Shown here: piece by piece, positions 57,170-64,000 of the stretch
Position numbering within the stretch: position 1 is the first letter of the stretch
How the letters are laid out: every line of letters begins with the position of its first letter
Source of the DNA: Podarcis cretensis
Lineage: Eukaryota
Assembly (NCBI GenBank): GCA_951804945.1
Contig: OX638150.1
Coordinates: 41,602,001 to 41,666,000 of the forward strand
Reading direction: 5' to 3'
Length of the DNA: 64,000 bases
Notes under the pieces: model-generated
Seen by the model: the letters and a program-made list of their open reading frames with translations, nothing else
Told to the model about the DNA's origin: nothing
The model's database searches: none
Translations under genes and position numbers: made by a program

Positions 57170-59909
57170 CTGTGGAACAGTAAGAGAAAATGGTTAACAA
57201 GAAGTACCGACAGATAAAAACTGCACTTGTTGCGCCACGTCACAAACAGATGCAAAGCTGAACTGTTTGTCTTGCAAGGGCTAGGCAAGTGTGTGAACTG
57301 AATTGTGAAAATCCAAAGGACTGTTAATCCTGCAAACTAAAGGCCAATAGTTCAGTTCCCAAAATGCATGCAGCAAGGGCAAGTCCCTTGATAGACACTT
57401 CTGTCTCCTTTTAGAATAGTCTCCTTCCATTTGTTTTCCATTTTGGTATGTTTGTTTATATTTTACAATTGTATAATTTTGGGGGCTGACTGCAAAAAGG
57501 CAAAGTACACATGTATTTTCTATATATTCAATAGAAACATCTGCCTTTGGGGCTGTCATCGGGGGTAACGGCTTTTTGCTTATCCAGAAATACACCAAAT
57601 GCTTTGTAAGCATATTTGGCTATACGAAATGGGTATTTTAGCTGGCAGCACCTATACTTTGGAACTTCCTGCCTACTGACACCAGGCAGACACCTTTAGT
57701 CTATCCTGTTCTACACCCACCTGCTTAAAACATTTTAAAACAAGCCTGTTCAGTCACAGATGTTGACATTTTTTAATCTTTTAAACTGATAATTTTAATA
57801 TTTCTTGTAAACTACTAATGTTTCACTAGCATCAAGGTGTGCATAAATAACTTTGTATGTTGCCTTAGCATTACCGCACAACCAAACACAGAAATTATCA
57901 TCCAAGTTTTCCAGTCTATCAGAAAGCTATGAGAAGTATCAAAACGCACAACATGCATTGACAAAACATCACACCTCCATGTAGAGGTGCTCCCCGCTGC
58001 CACACAAATACCAAACCAACCTCCATTTCTACCTCTTGCTCTTAGACCTAATCTCCATTTGAAAAACTAGAGGAGGGGACTCATAATTTACCACAAGTCC
58101 CCAGAGCTAGGCTGCATGCAAATGTGGGACACTCTCCTGCTGCTGCAACCCAGAAGAAAAGCAAAAATGAATTACATAAAGAAGGACTAGGTGGCTCACA
58201 GAGCTAGTTAAATCTTTGCTGTGGGCTGTGTTACAATAGCTAAGAAATAGGTCTCAATTTCAATTATTCAAAAGTTGCAGAGTGACAGAAGTGTTTCAGT
58301 GTTAGTTAGTTTTGCCAATGAATTGGAATTCCCATTGGTTCAATCTATCTAATTGTGTCCTACACCCACAGCAAGCTCTTCATTCAAGTAGAGGTTTCAG
58401 TGAATGGAAGTCCCCTTTTCTCCTGCCAACCCCCACCCACTTCAAGGGCTCCCCAACTCTCTGGAATGTATGTGTGCACACAGTGGACTGCAGAGGGAAG
58501 GGGGAATTCATATAAGCCTCTGATGGATCAAGAAATCATTTATTAGCAGAATATAAATGCAACCCCCTAACTACTTTTAGTGTGGTAGAGACAGAGAAGG
58601 TGTTTATGATGCTAATGAACAGAAAAGTGTCCTGGGAGAATGGACAGATCCATGGCATTGGACATTTAGACAGGATGATAGAACATGTTGAATGACCTAG
58701 CCATTATATGCTCCATCCAGGTCAAGTGGTTTTGCACAAATTGCCTGTGTTTTCAAAATTTGCAATCCAATCACCAAGAATTGGAGTGATGCCAGATTCT
58801 GTACTAGAAGGTGGATTCAGAAAGTTCCAGCAAGGTCATGGTTATGCATAGTTCTAGGCTCCCAAACCTACAGGCTGGGGACAACACTTCTGGAATACAA
58901 ACATTCACTGATGAGGAGTCCAACTCCTAAACAGACCTGAACTTGTTGACTAGTATTCCCAGATACACTAATGTGGTGTTACCCACAAAATATGTACACA
59001 TCCCTTTGAATATACTGATGTTTATTTCCAATTTCAGGTTTTTAAATGTACTGGGCTTCGGCACAAATTAAGCACACAGTGATGATGCTGAAGTGAAACC
59101 CAATATATATGTCCAAACTTTCTCCCACTACATAGCTTGTCCCATACTGGACAGAGACAATTCCTACACAGATTGCAGCTGGAGGCTGCATCACAGCTAT
59201 GGAAGTTCACTTAGCACTGAAAAGAGATTGTCTTGGTCAATTGTACAATTCACTGATTAGCAGGCATCTAGTGGACTGCTAGGGCTTCCCAGGGCAAGCT
59301 AAATGATGGTGGTGTGAGCCCTACAGATAAGAAAAACTATTTCTAGGTCACAGATATTCTGAAGATGGCTTAAGGCAATTATAAGCTAACCTGTTCCTAC
59401 AAAAACCACGCAAAGTGCTGGGGCTAGTCACACAAGGAATGTCATGGTAACAGCTGAGAACTGAGGTACAAGACTGTTCAAATCCAGGCCATTCACTGAA
59501 CCGCAGTTCTGATGCAATAAAGCCCTAGCGAATTGTCGGTCAGCCATTTCTAGCCTACTTATCTCCTTAGAACTGGCTGAGGCAGGAGTCTCCCTCTGCC
59601 TTCCTGATTCAACAGCAGATTGAGCTGGAGAAATGCCACATCAATATGAGCAGGCAAAGCTTCTTGCCTGTGGCATACTTCTCACTCAAACAGCAGAAGT
59701 GACTACATTCAGAAGTGACTTTCTCTCCCCTTCTTAAGCAGAAATCTATTGACAAAGAATGAATAGGGAGGTAGGGGAATGCCCTTCTCCCTTCAAGGCC
59801 TTTCCCCTCCATTTTTCAATGAAAAAGAAAGGACGCTGTGGAAGAAAATTTGAAACTTATGAACTATTTTCACTTTTGGAATTATGGACAGAAGGGTCAA
59901 ACCTCAGCA

Positions 59910-60058
59910 CTGGGCAAGCATCTGCTTTGCCTGATGAAGGTCCCAGGCTTAATCTCCAGGTAGAGCTGGGAGAGACTCCCTGCCTGAAACCCTAGAGAGC
60001 CAATGTATCAGTGTAGACAATAATGAGCTACAGGGACCAATGATTAGGCAGCTTTCTG
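59910..60058 (+). mobile_element. Degenerate tRNA-derived SINE with CR1-like tail
   Basis: AGCATCTGCTTTGC...GAAGGTCCCAGG head; CAGTGTAGACAAT...GGACCAATG...AGGCAGCTT tail. Confidence 0.55.
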
Positions 60059-61549
60059 TATTTGAGCAAAGTGACTTCACTTCCCCCTCCTCATCTGCAA
60101 CAGACTTCCACACAGTAAGAATTTTCTCTGAAGGGTCTCTAAACCTTCTGGAGCATATTTTGGAGGTCTGTTGGTGGCAGGGGCAGAATGGAAGAACAGG
60201 CAGGTGAAATCTTGTTAGGCGAGTGGAATTCCTCCGGCATTGGAGCCAATAATGTGAATGACACCTTTTAATACAGGGCTGTAAAATATTGTTTCATCTT
60301 TATCTTACTTCCTTAATTTCTGATGTAAAGTGTTAGGTACTTCTAGAAGACATGCACAATTCTTAATGCCTACTCCAAATTCCTCCACTTGAAATTTGAG
60401 CATGAAATAAAATGATGCAAATTAAGTACACACTGAATTAAGAAACAAGCTAACATGCAAATATTGTTTCAAGCAGCAAACCTTCAGTTCACAGATTATG
60501 GAGAAGGAAAAGGAAATTGGAATCTATGATCATGATTAGAAACAAATTTCATTGTGGGTATTTTCAAGGGTGTGCTTTATTGTTCAATTAGGGTTTCATG
60601 TGGCTTATTTATGGTATTTTTACCCTTGCCTTCCACACTTGCTGTGTGCTAATGACTAAAGAGCTCAATCCTGTTATACAGGCGGCAACCATTTTAGCAA
60701 TGTCCAACTGACATATGATTGCAGGCGCACAGGTCATTTTGGACCCAGATGAAGGCTTATACGCACTCTACTGACACTTATGGGGGCTGGGAATAGAACC
60801 CCCACATGAGAAGGTCACCACCTGAATATAAAGCAGATATGTATGAATCTTGCTTGTGATATGTGGTATCAATCCACTATCCCCTCATGTGTCTCCAGAT
60901 TATTATTATTTTATTAATTTGGGTTTTTTCCCCATTTCTGCATAAATGCTATGGACGGTGGACTGTTTCAAGGCCTAATTGTTAAAAACTTTCATTTTGG
61001 TTATCACAATACTGATTGTTCCTGCTTTATGTGATCATTTTTTTCATATTTTTACAAAAAAAGTTATCTTTATGTAATGTAAGGTTCAGCAGGTAGTAAC
61101 TCTATTTCTAGGCCTATTTGTAATTGATGCTCAAATACAACTTCATTAAATTGTACTGTTTGCTAAAGTACTAACTTTACACAATACATTTTATATTCAA
61201 GTTTGAAATTGATGAATAAGTACTTATATATATATTATTTTGTCTCAAAATTTCTAGGGGTTTGTTTTTCCATGGTTTGCAAATTTCCAGAAGTTTCATT
61301 TCTGTACACAGCACACACCTCAAATCTGGCACGTATTTGTCGCACTCAAGTGGCATGCATGAAGAGGACAAGAGTTCAATAGAAGTATAGCATCCTGTTA
61401 CGTAAAATCTATAAATCTAGTTACATGGCAATAAAAACCAAAAACCAATTCAGTCACAAGATTAGTATCTCAGCCCCACACATCCCTGATAAGTGACACA
61501 CACTCGCATCTGCACGCATCAGGCATTACACCAAAACAGTTGCAATTAC

Positions 61550-61574
61550 CCATGAAATGCGCAGGGAATCTGAC
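61550..61574 (-). CDS. NDEL1: NDEL1 alternative microexon (VRFPAHFMG), counterpart of the mammalian FMGQ-isoform exon; tandem acceptors give 25 or 20 nt
   Basis: ctcctttttggatag|GTCAG|ATTCCCTGCGCATTTCATGG|gtaatt; peptide resembles recalled mammalian ...VIFPTLFMGQ. Confidence 0.7.
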
Positions 61575-64000
61575 CTATCCAAAAAGGAGAGATGGAAACA
61601 ATTCATATTGAAAATATCTGTTATGTCAAGAGACTTCCAGGCATCACTGATGAAGGTGAGGTTCTTGAAGTCAATTTAGGAACTAGTATTAAAGCCAAAG
61701 TGGGGAATTGCTTTCCAAATTCCACCAAGCATAGCACTAAAACAGAAAGATTAGAGTTGCCTAAAATCAATCCAGTTTACCATCTACACGTCTGCCTTGC
61801 TTTGGGAACACTTTGCTATTAGGGGTTCTGCCTGCACAACTGGCATTCATGTATACTGTATATATTTCTAATAATATAGTCAGTGGTCCTTGATGGCCTA
61901 CCAGAGACCATTTTTAGTACTAGCTTGTACAACATCAATACAGCTGTGTTTAGAATTTGATAACGCTGTACATTAATGCTAACGTAAGATACAAAGACAC
62001 CAGCATGGACTTCTGGCTTGGGCTGGGATCTAAAGCGTGCTCTGCTGATGGTGCTCTCATTCTGCAATAGAAACGTGTGCTACTACAATGCAAGCAAGGA
62101 ACACACACAATTGTACTCTTGGCAATGAGATCTAAAGCAGGATGAGATATAAACCCTCCAGGGATTGCATACACACACCTGCCTTCATACCACATGCATT
62201 TACTCCCCCAGCCAACTTGGCTTGAAAACAGTATTTTGGGGTTTTTGAAGCCCAACTCCTGGAGGAGGGATGGATTTTCTGGAGATTGCAAATGGGCTGT
62301 GACAGACCATCACAACAATTAGGCTTGAGAAAAACCTACTGAGGGCAACAGAAGGCTATTTATCAAGTTTAATTGCAGAGCACAGGGTGTTTTGGTGCAA
62401 AGGGAGTATTAACACTTTCCTTCCTAGCTGTGGCAAACTGAAATGCTCTGGGAAAAGCCTTTTTTTCATATTTAATTGCAGCAGGGAAGGGAACACTGTA
62501 GGCCAGATGGGGAGGTCTTAGGGATGACATATACCCCACAGGCCTATGGTTCCTCATCCCTAGTCTAACGAGCTCAAAAGACGAGTTTGCATGAAGTCAT
62601 CTCAGCCACTTATCAGCCACCACCAATTTTCAGCATTACAAGGACATGAATAACTGGTTTATTCTCTGGTTCAGTCACAATTTCCAACTTCACTTAAGCT
62701 CACTTGGCTTCAAGTTTCAACAAATGACTTAGTTAACTTTCCATATAAGCAGCCCTTAAGTTGTTCCTGCATGTCACTAGGTAGGACGGTACCCACCACA
62801 CCCCAATTTAATAGCCACTCAATTCCAATACACTATAGAGAGTCAACAGTGTAAACAATTGCTACTAGAAGAACAGCGGCAAAGCCAGCAATAGAGCAAT
62901 GTGTGAGTTACCTCAATCAGTCCCACCACCCAACCATAGGCCATTCATAAGGCAGCAGCAGCAGCAGATTGGGTTGGGTCCATAAACATGCGTGGCTGTT
63001 TCAGGATCCAGCGACAATTGGGGGCAGGGAGAAGACTACAGGGGCTAGAGAAAGAGAGAGAGAAAGAAACAAACAAACAGGGAAGAAGGAGAAAAAAGAG
63101 CATGCCTAAGCTCACTTTCCATGCCATGATAAGCTATACTCAGCCCTAGCCAGCATGGCAATAAGATGGTAGCCAATTCACAATTACTCAGAAGGGCTTA
63201 ACAATATGCAAAAAATTAAAAATAAATCGCAGGTGGACTGAAAGGGAGGGTGGGGGAGAGACAAGGAGAAGCAGCAAAGGAAGAGGGACAGGATGCAATG
63301 CCACAGTGTGTCAACATCGGGGCCAAAAGCAGAAGGAACTGAGAAAAGAAGTGTGGCCTTTGACTCTTCTCTGCACACTCCTGAAGAACTTGAATACCTC
63401 CCTGTTTGCTGCTCAAGAAACCCCTGTGTATCTGCTTCATGGGATATAGCTTGTCGTTGTTATTTGTTCACCTTGAAGACAGGATCACCAGATCTCTGTT
63501 GGACATATTCTTCAAGAGACAAGCTGCAAGAATCCCCTAACCACTGCCCAAAAGTAGGACTGCAGCTGCCTAACAGTACTGTTTACCAATTCTGTTGTTT
63601 CGGTTCTGTACTAGTTACTATAAACAACAGGGAGTTCTGCACTGAATGGTATATGGCATAGTGCAAGGTGAGGTCAGGGACTGGCAAAAAAAAAAAAAAA
63701 AAAGAGGACCAAATAGAAAGAAATCATTTCTGCAAAAGTGCAGAATGAGACTTGGGAAAACCTGAAGAGAATTTTGGAGAGAGACTTGTAAGAGGAAAGC
63801 CCGGGTGTTCTAAATGAAGGGATGAGCAGAAAGCAAAAAGAGGACAGGGCAACAAAAACTAAGCCAATATAAGATGAGCTTAAACTGATAAAAAGCACAA
63901 AGGACCTGAAAAGAGACGTGAGACAATGACTGATGCAGCAATAGAGGGATAATACAAAATATACACAAACCATGAATACTTCCAGCGGGTCAACTGCATG

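Noticed and set aside
61781-61783. 3-nt microexon on the - strand (TAG|ATG|GTAAAC)
   Set aside because: No pyrimidine tract upstream; likely chance

Overview
Vertebrate genomic DNA from a squamate reptile, probably a lacertid lizard (inferred from the Sauria-type SINE and squamate MITE families). Most of the window is the multi-exon non-muscle myosin heavy chain IIB gene MYH10 on the + strand. Its first exons lie upstream of the window. I mapped 38 constitutive coding exons from 2503 to the stop at 53419 with consistent splice phases, and the 3'UTR ends near 54800. The known neural cassettes are present: N30/B1 (8062-8091, with a GC donor), R18 (9257-9274) and B2 (27379-27441). So are a U12-type intron (13643-15743) and an Rbfox UGCAUG enhancer cluster. 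The convergent neighbour NDEL1 ends on the - strand (terminal PLSV exon 57079-57169). Introns carry SINEs, L2-like fragments, Tc1/mariner and hAT MITEs and microsatellites. The most interesting signals are all predictions needing RNA evidence. (1) A candidate 33-nt in-frame loop-2 microexon of MYH10 in a CpG-rich intronic block, with a hairpin over the downstream branch point. (2) A C-terminal switchboard in the last NDEL1 intron: a tandem-acceptor microexon that could read the last exon in all three frames, plus three candidate alternative terminal exons that all begin Gly-Pro. (3) A palindromic bidirectional polyA signal and a possible + strand terminal exon nested antisense in NDEL1. (4) Inverted MITE copies flanking a 501-nt in-frame exon trio, a circRNA candidate with a stop-free frame.
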